Shown here: positions 27,398 to 38,951 of the stretch, piece after piece
How the letters are laid out: every line of letters starts with the position of its first letter
Numbering within the stretch: position 1 is the stretch's first letter
NCBI GenBank assembly: GCA_965237955.1
Contig: OZ250169.1
Span: forward strand, 7,264,001 to 7,328,000
Reading direction: 5' to 3'
DNA: 64,000 nucleotides
From: Candidatus Marinacidobacterales bacterium
GTDB lineage: Bacteria > Acidobacteriota > Vicinamibacteria > Marinacidobacterales > SMYC01
The notes under the pieces: generated by a model
What the model was told of the DNA's origin: nothing
Seen by the model: only the letters and a program-made list of their open reading frames with translations
Database searches by the model: none
Position numbers and translations under genes: made by a program

Positions 27398-28792
27398 TCA
27401 ATTTATGTCCATCTTTTCTGTAGCTTCAGCGAATTCGGCCCAAAAGCCTGTATCTACTCTCTGACACATAAGCTGTCGGGCGGTTCTCATCGCTTCCCAT
27501 GATGCATCAGCAGCAATCCCGAGTGCTTCACGCATGGAATCAAGTGTCTCACCATGAGAATATTTTGTTCCTTCATCATAATCAGACGAGTAGCTTGCTC
27601 CACGTTTTACTGCTTCATTATTAATGGCTGCTATCGCCATAAGATCTAACGCTCCCCAGTTTGTGGGTTGTGTAGTCTTGCTATTAGGAGATCGCATTTG
27701 ACTATATTCGCAATAGTTGTGATGTAGTCCAAGAGCATGTCCCAATTCATGGAAGACTGCATTTCGTCTGGTCATCCTTCTTGCTTTGCGATCCGAGGAG
27801 CTGTTATGTGAAATGAAGCCACGATGAGTTTCATACGCTTCAGGTAAATCATCGGGTCGGTATGGAAAAGAATAAGATCCGACGTATTTACAGCCTTCGC
27901 CATGAAGCCTTTCTCCCAATTCCTCAACTGAACAGTTGCCAACAAAATGAATGGGCAAGGTGACTTCATCGATCGAAGTTGCAAAGCCAATATCGAGGGA
28001 CGGAGCTATAACTTTTAGAATTTCTAGTGCATCACGATAGTCACGAATATTCTCTTCACTTACATCACCAAAGAAAGCCATTCTGATGGGTGCAATTCGT
28101 TTATGTACGTACAAGTCTACATAGACACCGTCTCCATGCGTATAGTTTCCATCTGAGTCATAATCTTCCCACCAGCTAGCCGCTAGGGAGACCGCCTGAG
28201 CAGTTGGCTCGGGTAGCTCCATTGATGCAAAGCGTGACCATTTCGAGAAATCGGGCTGTAGGTCATCCGGAACCAAAAGAGTCGGGTCCTGATAGGCATC
28301 AAGAGGTCTATTGTAGTTTTCGGCTAACCTAATCAGGCAATTTGGGCCTGATACGAATTCAATATTCAAAGAAATGTCCAGGCTTACCGGCACTGGAGAT
28401 CTTCCATTATGGATGGCAATAACTTGATCCATCCGAGACACACTCAACGTTTCACGGTGATATTCGTGGGTAGAGAACCCGAATGTTTCAGCTAATGCTC
28501 TGTTTCTATCACCAGATGGCTCAAATGCGAGAGACGCTTCTGAGATACTCAAGGATTCAGGTGTAACGGGGATGAAGGGATCCAACGATTCTGAAAATGA
28601 CAGCGAGGTCTGCAAGTCCTCGATTTGATACTTGACAGCGAACGGATAAGAGACGGAGTTATCACACGTATCAGAAGACACGGATCGAGTCGACGTAGTG
28701 TCTCGAGCAATCGAGGTTGCTGTTTCTTGGTCTGAACTGGAGCAGGAAGTCAGAAAGCCAAAAACTATAAATATTGGCAGCGGTCTTCTCAT
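27398..28792 (-). CDS. AT-rich lipoprotein with metzincin (matrixin-like) motif
   Basis: Lipobox LTSC; HELGHALGLHH followed by SQM Met-turn; GGAGG RBS; GC visibly lower than host. Confidence 0.8.
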   Translation of the reverse strand: MRRPLPIFIVFGFLTSCSSSDQETATSIARDTTSTRSVSSDTCDNSVSYPFAVKYQIEDLQTSLSFSESLDPFIPVTPESLSISEASLAFEPSGDRNRALAETFGFSTHEYHRETLSVSRMDQVIAIHNGRSPVPVSLDISLNIEFVSGPNCLIRLAENYNRPLDAYQDPTLLVPDDLQPDFSKWSRFASMELPEPTAQAVSLAASWWEDYDSDGNYTHGDGVYVDLYVHKRIAPIRMAFFGDVSEENIRDYRDALEILKVIAPSLDIGFATSIDEVTLPIHFVGNCSVEELGERLHGEGCKYVGSYSFPYRPDDLPEAYETHRGFISHNSSSDRKARRMTRRNAVFHELGHALGLHHNYCEYSQMRSPNSKTTQPTNWGALDLMAIAAINNEAVKRGASYSSDYDEGTKYSHGETLDSMREALGIAADASWEAMRTARQLMCQRVDTGFWAEFAEATEKMDIN

Positions 28793-29358
28793 AAAAATAC
28801 CTCCCTGAATGTATCTGCCGTTAGAATGAAGACCATTGACCTGATCGTTCTTTCCCGGCGTCGCGGCCCTTGCACCTCGCAGCGCGCGCTCGCGGCGGTC
28901 AATTCTCAGACGACTTCGTCGTTCCGCAGCTCCGCCATCACGGCAGCCTCACATCGGTCGCACATGCCGTGTGTGAGTTGTGGAAGCTCGTCATAGTACG
29001 TCGAGCTGCATTCCCAAGCACGCTTCGCGCTCCACGAACGCCTTCGCTCTGTCGTCACAAAAAGCGAAAGCAATAGCGGGCGCTGCTACAGAACAGAAGC
29101 ACCAGGTTACGACTCGCCACACTTCAATCCCTCGACCCGTTCAACAGCGCGGTCAGTGTCGGGCGCCGGTCACGCGATAGACCGAGCCAGCAACTCTTTG
29201 TTGAAAGGCTCTCATCCTCTATTTTTGCACATTGCGGTCGTGCACGACGGACGGGGTTTTGCCGGACGAAGAAGGTCACGTCTCCTCGGGAGGTACTTTC
29301 GAGTGAACGAACGGAGTTCGTTCACTCCCCGATGACCTCCGCCCACACGGGCGGTGCC

Positions 29359-30165
29359 ATTGCTGTCAAGTTCAGCCGGTGAATGGCAGACTTGCCCGAT
29401 GACAAACGACACGCCGAGCTACCGGGGATATCGATTTCCTGCGGAAATCATCAGCCACGCTGTCTGGCTCTACCATCGATTCTGCGTCAGCTTTCGAGAT
29501 GTCGAGGATCTGCTGGCGCAACGCGGCATCACGGTTTCTTTATGAAGCCATCCGACTTTGGTGCATCAAGTTCGGGCCGGAATACGCTCGTGGACTGAAG
29601 CGCCGCCAGGGTCGCCTGGGAGACACGTGGCACTTGGACGAGGTCTTCGTCACCATCCAGGGACAGCGCCAATATCTTTGGCGTGCCGTCGACCAAGACG
29701 GCGACGTCATCGACATCCTCGTGCAGTCGCGTCGCGACCGCCGGGCTGCCAAACGCTTCTTCCGGAAGCTGTTGAAGGGGCAAGGTCGCGTGCCCGGCCG
29801 GCTAGTGACGGACAAGCTGAGAAGCTACGGCGCTGCTCACCGCGAGGTCATGCCATCCGTCATTCACAGCACCAACCAGTACGAAAACAACCGGGCCGAG
29901 GTCTCACATGAGTCGACGCGGCAACGAGAGCGGCAAATGCGACGGTTCAAATCTCCTGGTCAAGCACAACGATTCTTGAGCGTGCACGGACTTGTTCAAA
30001 ATTTCTTCCGCGTCGGGCGTCACCTGTTGCGTGCTCCCAATCATCGAGAGCTCAGAGGCCGCGCCTTCCTCGCGTGGGACGCGGTAGCGATCGCGACGTG
30101 ATCCGAGCGGGCAAGTTCACTCCGGCGGCGCCGGCGTGCGTGCGCAACGTCAACTTGACAATACC
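29359..30165 (+). mobile_element. IS6 family element with frameshifted transposase and degenerate left IR
   Basis: YRGYRFPAEIISHAVWLY / WHLDEVFV..YLWRAVDQDG..TDKLRSY..NNRAE; frameshift near 29540; right IR CAACTTGACAATACC. Confidence 0.88.
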
Positions 30166-30190
30166 CCCTATTCTTCACGCGAGACTCCTC

Positions 30191-30892
30191 CTACGGGGCC
30201 ACCTTTTGGTAGTTGCTGTTCACGATCCGGACCTCGATGTTGCTTGCCGGAATCTTCAAAAGTGTCTCGCCTACGTAGCTGACACCGTCCGGCATCGACT
30301 GGAAGCTCACCTCGAGGGTCACTTTGTTATCCGGTTTGTCGAGCCAGGTGTCGACGGCTACCTGACGTAGCGCCTTCACCTCGGAGTCGAACATAAGCGT
30401 CAGCGAGTCGCCGCTCTTCAGGTAGTCCGGGAATCGAAGAGCGGCCGCGCCGGGTCCGGCCTGGGAGATCGAGACTTTGCCGGCCGCGATGACCGCCTGG
30501 AGCTTTTGCGGATCCGGGGGCGCGTAGCTGTGGGCGAGGGCGGCGGCGCTCTGGAGCTCTTCTTTCATCTCGCCGGTTTTCTTCGCGACGATCTTGCCTC
30601 TGAGGCCGCGTTTCTTCTTTGGCGGCGCCGGCGGATCCGTGAGCAGGGTCTTCTGCACTTTGCCGTCCGGCCCGTACTTGCAGGACTCGATCTTGGTGTT
30701 CTTCACCTCGCCCTTGACGCTGAGCTCGGTCTTCGTGATCCATGAATAAGACCGAAGGGCCTGCTGGTTTCGAGCCGCGGCCTCCTTGGCTGCCGCCGCT
30801 TTCTGCTGGATCTGCTCGCCCAGCGTCTGTATCGCGACCACAAGGCCGCTGAACGCAAACAGGAATGCGCACAAAAGCCCCATACGTTTCAT
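30191..30892 (-). CDS. Secreted hypothetical protein
   Basis: Signal peptide MKRMGLLCAFLFAFSGLVVA; coherent codon usage. Confidence 0.7.
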   Translation of the reverse strand: MKRMGLLCAFLFAFSGLVVAIQTLGEQIQQKAAAAKEAAARNQQALRSYSWITKTELSVKGEVKNTKIESCKYGPDGKVQKTLLTDPPAPPKKKRGLRGKIVAKKTGEMKEELQSAAALAHSYAPPDPQKLQAVIAAGKVSISQAGPGAAALRFPDYLKSGDSLTLMFDSEVKALRQVAVDTWLDKPDNKVTLEVSFQSMPDGVSYVGETLLKIPASNIEVRIVNSNYQKVAP

Positions 30893-30924
30893 TGTTTTCT
30901 TCCTTTCTTTATCGAATGCAAAAC

Positions 30925-31205
30925 TCATCGCACCGCCACACTCGTCATCACGTGAACCTGGAACGGCACGGCTACGGTGAACGACTCGAGCTTCTGGGCC
31001 GGGATAACGGCCGCGTCGACGCTCCCTGCGGCTGCCGCGGCACCTCCCGCACCCGCGCCGACGGCGGCGCCGATGGCCGCACCCAGGGCCGCGCCGCCGG
31101 CGAGCTTCTTGCCGCCCGAGGAGGCTTGGCCCTGCACTTGAAGGGGCTTGGTCTTGAGCGACACCACCTGGTTGCCCGCCTGGACGTCGGTGAGCTCGAC
31201 GCTAA
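30925..31205 (-). pseudogene. 3' fragment of a glycine-zipper protein cut by ISAzo13
   Basis: AGGAALGAAIGAAVGAGAG; 5' part absent on the far side of the IS. Confidence 0.6.
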
Positions 31206-31233
31206 GGGCCGGCGACAAAATAAGTTCCCGTTT

Positions 31234-32145
31234 TCAAGACGGTCGGATGGTGTAGTTCCATTTGGGTAGAGTCTGGTCCTTTGTAACGGAAAGCGCCTGC
31301 ATCCGCTCGTCAGTGATTTTGACGCCCTTCGGATAACGACGCCGGATAAGGTGTGCGCGTACTCGCAAACCGGAAGAGGTGGTGGTCGTGCGGATGTATT
31401 TGAGGATGGTTTCGTAGCTGTCGAGAGGCCTGCCCGTCCAGTTCTTGCTGATCTCGCTGAACAGACGGTGCTCCACTGGATTCCACTTGGATGTACCGGA
31501 CGGATAGTGGGCTATGGTGATAGCGATGTCGTGGTGATTGCAAATCCGCGTTTGAAGCCCGTGCTTCCAACCCCGACACCGATAGCCATTGCTGCCCCCG
31601 GCGTCTGCCAATATCGCGAGGTCACGGGCTGCAGGATAGCGTCGCCGTCCTTCCGTTCGCCACCACTTCTCGATGGCATTCACGGCGAAGTCCGGGGTGT
31701 TGTACGAGGTACCAATGAACACTGTCCCGCGGTTCGCGAGCAGATCGTAGACGCCGTAGGGGATTGCGATGCCGTTCGATTCGGAACGGAAGTCATGGTC
31801 TTTGACGAGAGTCGGCTCGCGGTTCCAGGCCTGCCCGCCGTTTTTGAATAATCCCACCAGCTCCCGTTTCTTCGTGTCTACGCTGATGATGGGATGACCA
31901 GCTGCGGCAAAACGCTCGCGCAGTTCGGCGATACACGCGAATTGGGTATCGCGATCTTCGGACGTGGCACCGCACAGCTTCTTGTGGTTCACCCGCAACG
32001 AGAAGCCGAGCTGTTTGAGCAGTCGACCGACGGTTTTGCTGCTGACGTTCACACCGAGGCTTCTTAGCTCGCAAGCAATCTTGTCGGTGGTCCGCCGCGT
32101 CCATTTCACTCCCGTCATCGGATCGCCCGCGGTGTCGTGCTTCAT
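31234..32145 (-). CDS. ISAzo13 transposase DDE region
   Basis: Same motifs as copy 1. Confidence 0.92.
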   Translation of the reverse strand: MKHDTAGDPMTGVKWTRRTTDKIACELRSLGVNVSSKTVGRLLKQLGFSLRVNHKKLCGATSEDRDTQFACIAELRERFAAAGHPIISVDTKKRELVGLFKNGGQAWNREPTLVKDHDFRSESNGIAIPYGVYDLLANRGTVFIGTSYNTPDFAVNAIEKWWRTEGRRRYPAARDLAILADAGGSNGYRCRGWKHGLQTRICNHHDIAITIAHYPSGTSKWNPVEHRLFSEISKNWTGRPLDSYETILKYIRTTTTSSGLRVRAHLIRRRYPKGVKITDERMQALSVTKDQTLPKWNYTIRPS

Positions 32146-32930
32146 GAGTTCTTCGATCTTGGCGATGACTTCTGGCGTTTTTTTTGCACGGCGCGCCGTC
32201 CGCCACCCTTTCGCCGAACTCCGTCGAGCTCAACATCTCTCATTAGCAATTCCCTACGACCTCTGGCTACCGTGCTCGGATCCATCCCGAGCAGTTCGGC
32301 AATCTGTTGGTCGCCACCGTGACCGAGCTTCATGGCCTCGACTCCCGCGTAGAGACGGCGCTGCTTTTCATCGAGCAGGCTGTAGAAAAGAACGATCGCA
32401 GCCTTCAACTCCACGGGGAGCACGCGGACTCCCCCGACCCAGCCCAACGTGGAAGGTGACGCCTCATGTACCTGGCGGGCCGAGAGCTGTTGCTTGCGCG
32501 TGCTCACATCGGTGGCCAGATACAGATATCGGCCGAACACCTGCTCGCGCGCCAATCTTTTCTCTCGGACCAGTTTCAACAGAGGAGCCTTGACGTCAAC
32601 CTGCACCACGTCCTCGAGCTCGTCGACGTAGTAGCCTGCCTCACAGGCCGCGACCAACGCTTTTACCGTCGCAAGCAACGTCCCGTACTTCGAGAACCAC
32701 ACTGAGCGCAACGACCAAAGACCTTTTCGATCGAACTGGGCGATCTCGTCCAACGTGTAGTAGCTACCACGGTGGGAGTAGCTTGTCCGATACGCCAACT
32801 CATTGAGCTTTCGGAAGACGGTCGAGTCCACATCGGTACCCAACACTGCCTTCAAATCATCGAGGGTAGCTATTTTGTGCTTCCTCAACAGGCGGTCGAG
32901 ATCTTCAGACTGATAGCTCGTAGGTCTCAT
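32142..32930 (-). CDS. ISAzo13 OrfA
   Basis: As copy 1; A8 run at 32178-32185. Confidence 0.85.
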   Translation of the reverse strand: MRPTSYQSEDLDRLLRKHKIATLDDLKAVLGTDVDSTVFRKLNELAYRTSYSHRGSYYTLDEIAQFDRKGLWSLRSVWFSKYGTLLATVKALVAACEAGYYVDELEDVVQVDVKAPLLKLVREKRLAREQVFGRYLYLATDVSTRKQQLSARQVHEASPSTLGWVGGVRVLPVELKAAIVLFYSLLDEKQRRLYAGVEAMKLGHGGDQQIAELLGMDPSTVARGRRELLMRDVELDGVRRKGGGRRAVQKKRQKSSPRSKNS

Positions 32931-33621
32931 AATAGGAGAAGTGCTCCTTGATAGGCGTAATCCTCCCTAAAATGAGGACCGTTTGTCAAACACGCGCTGG
33001 TTGCTGAAGATCTACAAATGTTCCGTTTCTAGGGAGCTTGCCAGGCTCTCGTGATGCCAGACGACATCGCGATCACGACCTGAAACAGGAAGAGTGTGCT
33101 CAAAACTAGACAGTTATTTTGTCGGCGGCCCTTAGTGGATGGAAAGCGACGAACGTCTCTGTCACCTCGCCTGGTATAACGTAAGGCTGAGCTGCGGCCG
33201 GCGTCATAGAAGATGGCGTCGATCTGATTCGTTGGCCGAATCGTACTGCCGGCCGTCTGCTCCAGCCGAAGTTATACAGCTCCCCGTTCACATTGTCATC
33301 TAAGCGTGACGCAATTCGAGCAGTGTGCCTCCCAATCGTGGTGGTTGGTCAGAGCGGGTTAAGTCGTTGCCGCAGCCTCCGACTGGGACGACAGGATCTA
33401 GTCTACTAATAATGATGATGCCGGGAAGTGAACCCTGTAAGGTTGGCGATGGAGTTGCAGCCACCCGTTAAAGATGGTCAACAGCTGCTCCTGCACCGGA
33501 TCATCACCTATGCAAGGCCACGAGTCGCCACACGACACCAGGAAGCGATTCTCATAGCCAACCGGTCGCTCATAGAAGTCTGCGAACGATCCTGTCGAAC
33601 GTTCGCTCTCCGCGCTCCACA

Positions 33622-33948
33622 ATGCTCGTGCGAACAGCACGGCTCTTCCTGAACACCCTCGACAGTGCGGCGGCGGTGCGGCGTCTCGTCGCGTTCTACG
33701 TCCGTGAGCACAACGAGAAGATCCCGCGCGTCGTTCTCGGAGCTCGCACGCCGGACGAGGTGTATTTCAGCCGAGAGGAGAATGTGCCGGAGCGGCTCTC
33801 CGAGCAACGCAAGACAGCGCAGCGGGTCAGGAGCGCGGCAAATCGAGCAGCGAACTGCCATCGCTGCGAATCCTCACGCGCTGGCCCTGCTGTCCGGAGT
33901 GTCGCCAGGCCAGGGGCTCGTCGAAAACCTGCTCGGAAATCTGCATGA
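33622..33948 (+). pseudogene. Integrase-core (rve) transposase C-terminal remnant
   Basis: LFLNTLDS..RRLVAFYVREHNEKIP..LGARTPDEVYF..NRAANCHRC. Confidence 0.65.
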
Positions 33949-34004
33949 TGTCTGTGTGAGCAGCACGGCTGCTGCTTGGCACCGCGCGTACGGGAAGGAT
34001 TATA

Positions 34005-35722
34005 GCCTCTCCTGCCATTTCAGTGGATCCTCTCGAGGGTGAGACCGCCACAGTTTAGGTAGACGAGACTGATGAGAGCTTCGGCAGAGTGGAGTCCAAA
34101 GCTGCGGTGGCTCAGCAGCCGGATTTTGTTGTTCATTCCTTCGAGTCGGCCGTTGCTGAGTCTCCACGTGACCCACGCGATGACGCCATCGAAGTGGCTG
34201 CGGATCATCTTCGCCGCGCGTTTGACGGGCTCTATCCTCGAGCTCATAGCGCGCCGCAGCCATCCTCGGAGAAACTTCTTGGCCCATGTCTCGGTTTTGT
34301 AGGTGTAGAGGTCCATGAAGTCGTCGCGCAGAAGCATGGCGCGGTAGAGGCGACGATTAGCTCGCACCTGCTCGCGGAGCACCCGTTTGTCTTTCGCGCT
34401 GCGGTTGTGTTTGGCCTTGAGAAGGGGAAACTTGGTGTTCTTGAGGTTGCGCCGGGCAGTCCCTTTGAGCTCGCGCACCAGCTCGCGCCGGGTCTTATCC
34501 ACGGCCTCGTTCAGATGCTTGACGATGTGGAAGCGGTCAAAGATCACCCGTGCCTGAGGAGCCTTTTTGCCGACGACAGTTATGTACGGCTCCCACATGT
34601 CCATGCTGACCGCTTCGAGCTCCGCGGCTCTTTGTGGTCCGAGCTTGCGGAAAAACCGCAGCAGCGTCTTGGCCTTGCGCTCCTTTCCCGCCCAGACGAC
34701 CCGGCCGCTGAGATGGTCTATTACCACTGTTAAGTACTTGTGGCGTTTGCGGTAGCTGATCTCGTCCATCCCAATCACCCGCAATCCATCGAGCTCGCGC
34801 CGCTCATCCCGCTGCTCGGCAACCACTCGCTGGATGATCCGTCGCACCGAACGCCACGTCACTCGGAAATAGTTCGCTACGGCGCTGACGTCCGTCCTCT
34901 GTGCCAGCCACGCTACCTCTTGTTCGAAGCTTTTGGTAAAGCGGCTTCCCTTGTCTGCCCAAGGCACCTTTTCTCTGACCACTCCACACCGCCGACATAC
35001 CACTCGTCGGATCGAGTAGCGAAGATAGGTCCGGACTCCGAACAGGTCCAAGTGCCGCCAGTAGCGATTGTAGCGATCTTTGTTCTTGCGGACCTTTCGT
35101 CCGCAAATCCCGCACAGAGGCTTCCTCCTCCGTGGTACTACATCCACCACCACTCTGGCTTTGTCCGCCTGGAAGTGGAAACCTCGGACCCACAGGCCTT
35201 GCAATCCGATGAGCTTGTTGACTAACGTAGTAACGCGCATCGCGGGAACGCTCTTTTCTCTTTCGGAAAAAAAGATTCTAGCGTTCTCGCCGATGCGCAT
35301 CTACACATGGCTTACCCTCTCAACCCACGGGCCTCACCAAATGCCACTGCCCCTCAGCGGGAGACGAGGCTGTGGGAAACGCCCCCACGGTTCTGGTCGT
35401 TCAGACCTTGCTCACGACTGAGTTCTCTTCGAAGCCTGGAAGGGCGTTTTCCATAGCCTCCACTAATCGAGCCCCCCTTCCTTATTCCATATGAATTAAT
35501 CTTTCTTGTATATATATCAGGAGGGGCCTGTGGGCGCTCGTGGGAAACGCGAAGCGTTTTCCAAGCGATTGTGGAAAACGCCGCTCCACGTTTGTACGTG
35601 CTCACAACCTTTCCCTAAACGCCTCTCTCGCCCGGAGTTTCCGGCGTTTTCCACAATCGCGGCAGCGTCCATAGGCCATGCCCTCCAACACAAATCAGAT
35701 CCCCCGAAACGACAGGAGAACC
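34005..35722 (-). mobile_element. ISL3 family insertion sequence, copy 2
   Basis: 8-bp TSD GGATTATA at 33997-34004 and 35723-35730. Confidence 0.93.
34020..35300 (-). CDS. ISL3 family transposase
   Basis: 426 aa, two substitutions versus copy 1. Confidence 0.93.
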   Translation of the reverse strand: MRIGENARIFFSEREKSVPAMRVTTLVNKLIGLQGLWVRGFHFQADKARVVVDVVPRRRKPLCGICGRKVRKNKDRYNRYWRHLDLFGVRTYLRYSIRRVVCRRCGVVREKVPWADKGSRFTKSFEQEVAWLAQRTDVSAVANYFRVTWRSVRRIIQRVVAEQRDERRELDGLRVIGMDEISYRKRHKYLTVVIDHLSGRVVWAGKERKAKTLLRFFRKLGPQRAAELEAVSMDMWEPYITVVGKKAPQARVIFDRFHIVKHLNEAVDKTRRELVRELKGTARRNLKNTKFPLLKAKHNRSAKDKRVLREQVRANRRLYRAMLLRDDFMDLYTYKTETWAKKFLRGWLRRAMSSRIEPVKRAAKMIRSHFDGVIAWVTWRLSNGRLEGMNNKIRLLSHRSFGLHSAEALISLVYLNCGGLTLERIH

Positions 35723-35740
35723 GGATTATACTTGCCTGTC

Positions 35741-36289
35741 GTGTCGCGCAGTGTGGATCGCCGAACCGCTCTCAAAGCTCTCGGCTCCCTCTCGTTGCTG
35801 GCGCTTCCTCACCCGGCCGTTCCGCTGCAGCAGGGAGAGACCTGGACGCCCCGATTCCTGGACGACGCTGAGCTCGATACAGTAACGGAGCTCGCCGAGC
35901 TCATCATCCCTCAAACGAACACGCCCGGCGCGAAGGCGGCGAACGTCCACCAGTACATCGATTTCGTCCTGAGCGAAGCAACGGAGGAACAGCAGGGCTC
36001 GTTTCGCGGCCGCCTTGCCTGGCTCGACGAGCGCAGTGGCTCCCGTTTCGTCTCCCTCGATGAGCAGGCACAGATCGAATTGCTCGAAGCCCTGTCCGCA
36101 GATGGCAGCTCGGAGGACGAGCGCGGCGTTGCGTTATTCGAGCAGATCAAGCAACTCACCGTCGAAGGCTACTACCGCTCGCGGGCGGGAATGATCGAGG
36201 AGCTCGACTACGACGGCAACAGTTTTCTAGGGGAGTTCGAAGGCTGCACCCACCCCGAGCACCACGACTGGTCGCCGGAGGACAACTGA
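35741..36289 (+). CDS. Gluconate 2-dehydrogenase subunit 3-like Tat protein
   Basis: DRRTALK Tat motif, [25 protein letters not shown]. Confidence 0.88.
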   Translation: MSRSVDRRTALKALGSLSLLALPHPAVPLQQGETWTPRFLDDAELDTVTELAELIIPQTNTPGAKAANVHQYIDFVLSEATEEQQGSFRGRLAWLDERSGSRFVSLDEQAQIELLEALSADGSSEDERGVALFEQIKQLTVEGYYRSRAGMIEELDYDGNSFLGEFEGCTHPEHHDWSPEDN

Positions 36290-37932
36290 TGGCGGTGGTG
36301 CGCCAGCCAGAGACTCATGACGTTGTCGTCATCGGAAGCGGCGCTTCCGGAGGCATGGCCGCCTGGAACCTGACCCGAAAAGGGGTCAAGGTCCTGCTTC
36401 TGGACGCCGGGAGCAAGTTCGACCGGGACCGCTTCTGGACGCACGTGCTTCCGTTCGAAGCGGACGAGCGACTTCGAAACGGAGGACGCCGGCCGGAGTT
36501 CTACCTCGATAAAGAGGAACAGCCCTATCTCACCCCCGAGGGAAAGCCGTTCCAGCTGACGCGCGTCTGGGGACACGGCGGCAAGACCAACGTCTGGGGA
36601 CGGGTTAGCCTCCGCATGTCCGACCTCGACTTCACCGCGGCAGAGCGCGATGGCTGGGGAGCCCCCTGGCCGATTCGCTATCGCGACATCGCTCCGTACT
36701 ACGACCGGGTCGAAGAGCTCATCGGGGTCTTCGGCGGCGACGACGACTCGGAGGTGCTGCCGGGAAGCAAGCACCTGATGCCGCCCCCAGCTCTTCGCTG
36801 CGGCGAGGTAATTCTGTCGAAAGCGGCCCACCACCTCGGGATTCCGGTCGTGCGCATGCGACGCGCCAACCTCACCCGGAATCATCGCGGCTTCCCCGCC
36901 TGTCATTACTGCGGCAACTGCGGCTCGGGCTGCGATACCGCGTCTTTCTTCAACTCCGCAGATCACCTTCTTCCGTTCGCACTGGAAACAGGCAACCTGC
37001 GGATCCAGTCGAACGCGGTCGTCTCGCGTATCCTCGTCGACGACAACGGCCGGGCCAGCGAGGTCCAGTACTTCGAGCGTGCGTCCGGCCGCGAGCAGCG
37101 GGTGCGCTGCCGGACGGTCATCGTGGGCGCCGCCTGTATGGATTCGACGAGGATCCTCCTGAACTCGAAGTCGGAGCGCTCACCGAACGGTCTGGGCAAC
37201 GGCTCCGACGCCCTGGGGCGTCACTATTGCGAGCAGGTCATGGTGCACGTCCGTGGATTCCTGCCACAGCTCTTCGACCTGGGCTACCGCAACGATGACG
37301 GCGCCGACGGTGGTCACATCTACCTTCCGCGGTTCAACCATCGAACGAAGAACGACTACCTGAGAGGCTTCGGGATGCAGTTCTGGTCGAGCGGCTGCAC
37401 CCCTACCGCGATCCCCATTGCCGAGCGTGTGCCCGGCTTCGGCGCGTCGTTCAAGGCCGAGGTCAAGAAACGCTACCCCGGGTTCGTTTCGCTGCATCCG
37501 TTCGGAGAAGTGCTCCCCAGACCGGAGAACCGGGTCACCGTCGACGAGAGCCGCACCGACCGATACGGCGTTCCTTTGATGAATATCGACGTCGGCTTCG
37601 GTGAGAACGAGAAAAAGATGATGCGCCACATGTACGAAACCTGCGAGGAGATCCTCCATACCGCGGGCGCCGAGATCTCGCCTTTCCGGCGCGACGAGCA
37701 CGACCCACCCGGCTCGGCCATCCACGAGCACGGTACGTGCCGGATGGGAGGCGATCCGAAGAGCTCGATGCTGAACGCTTACAACCAGATGCACGAGGTG
37801 AACAACGTCTTCGTGGTGGACGGCTCCGCCTTCGCGAGCGCTTCGGAAAAGAACCCCACGCTCACCATCCTCGCGCTTTCCTGGCGAGCCACCGACTATC
37901 TGACGGAGGAGCTGAGAAAAGGGAACCTGTGA
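36289..37932 (+). CDS. GMC family oxidoreductase (large subunit)
   Basis: [41 protein letters not shown]. Confidence 0.92.
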   Translation: MAVVRQPETHDVVVIGSGASGGMAAWNLTRKGVKVLLLDAGSKFDRDRFWTHVLPFEADERLRNGGRRPEFYLDKEEQPYLTPEGKPFQLTRVWGHGGKTNVWGRVSLRMSDLDFTAAERDGWGAPWPIRYRDIAPYYDRVEELIGVFGGDDDSEVLPGSKHLMPPPALRCGEVILSKAAHHLGIPVVRMRRANLTRNHRGFPACHYCGNCGSGCDTASFFNSADHLLPFALETGNLRIQSNAVVSRILVDDNGRASEVQYFERASGREQRVRCRTVIVGAACMDSTRILLNSKSERSPNGLGNGSDALGRHYCEQVMVHVRGFLPQLFDLGYRNDDGADGGHIYLPRFNHRTKNDYLRGFGMQFWSSGCTPTAIPIAERVPGFGASFKAEVKKRYPGFVSLHPFGEVLPRPENRVTVDESRTDRYGVPLMNIDVGFGENEKKMMRHMYETCEEILHTAGAEISPFRRDEHDPPGSAIHEHGTCRMGGDPKSSMLNAYNQMHEVNNVFVVDGSAFASASEKNPTLTILALSWRATDYLTEELRKGNL

Positions 37933-38144
37933 AGAATCACCTCGCCCACTACGAGATCCTCGAAAAGCTCGGCAGTGGAGGCGTAGGCGAGGTCTACGTT
38001 GCCCGCGACAAGAAGCTCGACCGCAAGGTGGCGCTGAAGATCCTTCCCCGCGAGATGGCCTCCGACGAGCGCTGGGAGCGGTTCGAGCGCGAGGCGAGGG
38101 CGGTAGCCGCCCTCAACCATCCCAATATCGTCCAGGTGTACTAG
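37929..38144 (+). pseudogene. Ser/Thr protein kinase N-lobe only
   Basis: [44 protein letters not shown] then stop. Confidence 0.85.
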
Positions 38145-38206
38145 CTAACTCTCGGTGAGGAGAACTGACTAGTCGAACTCGATGTCCTCGTAGTCTTTCG
38201 TCGGGC

Positions 38207-38947
38207 TCAAGGCGAGAGCTCGCGGACCCAGATGTTGCGGAAGCTGACCGGGTTTCCGTGATCCTGCAGCATCAAAGGTTGCTTCGGAGGATGCGCCTCA
38301 TAGGCGGGCTCGCCGATATAGACGGTCGGCCCGGCGAGCGACACGTGGTTCTGAATCAAGATCCCATTGTGGAACACGGTCAACGTCGCCGGTCGCTCGA
38401 CCGCACCGTTAGCCGCAAAGCTCGGTGCCGCGAAAACAATATCGTAGGACTGCCATTCCCCCGGACCGCGTGAAGCGTTCACCTCGGGGATGAACTGTTT
38501 GTAGACACTCCCCGCCTGTCCGTTCGAGTAGGTCCGGTTCTGGAACGAATCCAGAACTTGAACCTCGTACCGCTTCATCAGAAAGACACCGCTGTTGCCC
38601 CGCTCTTGTCCCTCGCCCTCGGCAACGGGAGGCGTCCTCCACTCGATATGGAGCTGAACGCTGCCGAACGATCGCTTCGTCACCAGGCTGCCTGTGCCCG
38701 CTACCACGGTGAAGGCACCATCGGCAACGCCCCACCTGGGTCCGCCGCCGTTCTCGTGTTGCCACTCCGCCAGGTCCGATCCATCAAAGAGAACGATGGC
38801 ATCCGAGGGAGGCTGGCCGGGGTCGTCCGGATCGATGACGCGAGGCTCCGGCTCCCAGATCTCGGTGAGCTTCGGATCGCCCGATTCCTGTTGCGCGCAA
38901 ACGCCATCGCACGTTAGCAGAAGGAGGAGCGCAAGAGCGCAGCGCAC
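38207..38947 (-). CDS. DUF1080 / 3-keto-disaccharide hydrolase family protein
   Basis: PPSDAIVLFDG, GNSGVFL..YEVQVLDS, WQSYDI, LQDHGNPVSFRNIW. Confidence 0.9.
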   Translation of the reverse strand: MRCALALLLLLTCDGVCAQQESGDPKLTEIWEPEPRVIDPDDPGQPPSDAIVLFDGSDLAEWQHENGGGPRWGVADGAFTVVAGTGSLVTKRSFGSVQLHIEWRTPPVAEGEGQERGNSGVFLMKRYEVQVLDSFQNRTYSNGQAGSVYKQFIPEVNASRGPGEWQSYDIVFAAPSFAANGAVERPATLTVFHNGILIQNHVSLAGPTVYIGEPAYEAHPPKQPLMLQDHGNPVSFRNIWVRELSP

Positions 38948-38951
38948 GGCG

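Larger units (their letters stand above)
31206..33131 (-). mobile_element. ISAzo13 family insertion sequence, copy 2
   Basis: Near-identical to 8806-10731 with a few SNPs; flanks TAA versus TTA. Confidence 0.9.

Noticed and set aside
6973-35722. Composite transposon bounded by the two ISL3 (or ISAzo13) copies
   Set aside because: Each ISL3 copy has its own distinct 8-bp TSD, indicating independent insertions
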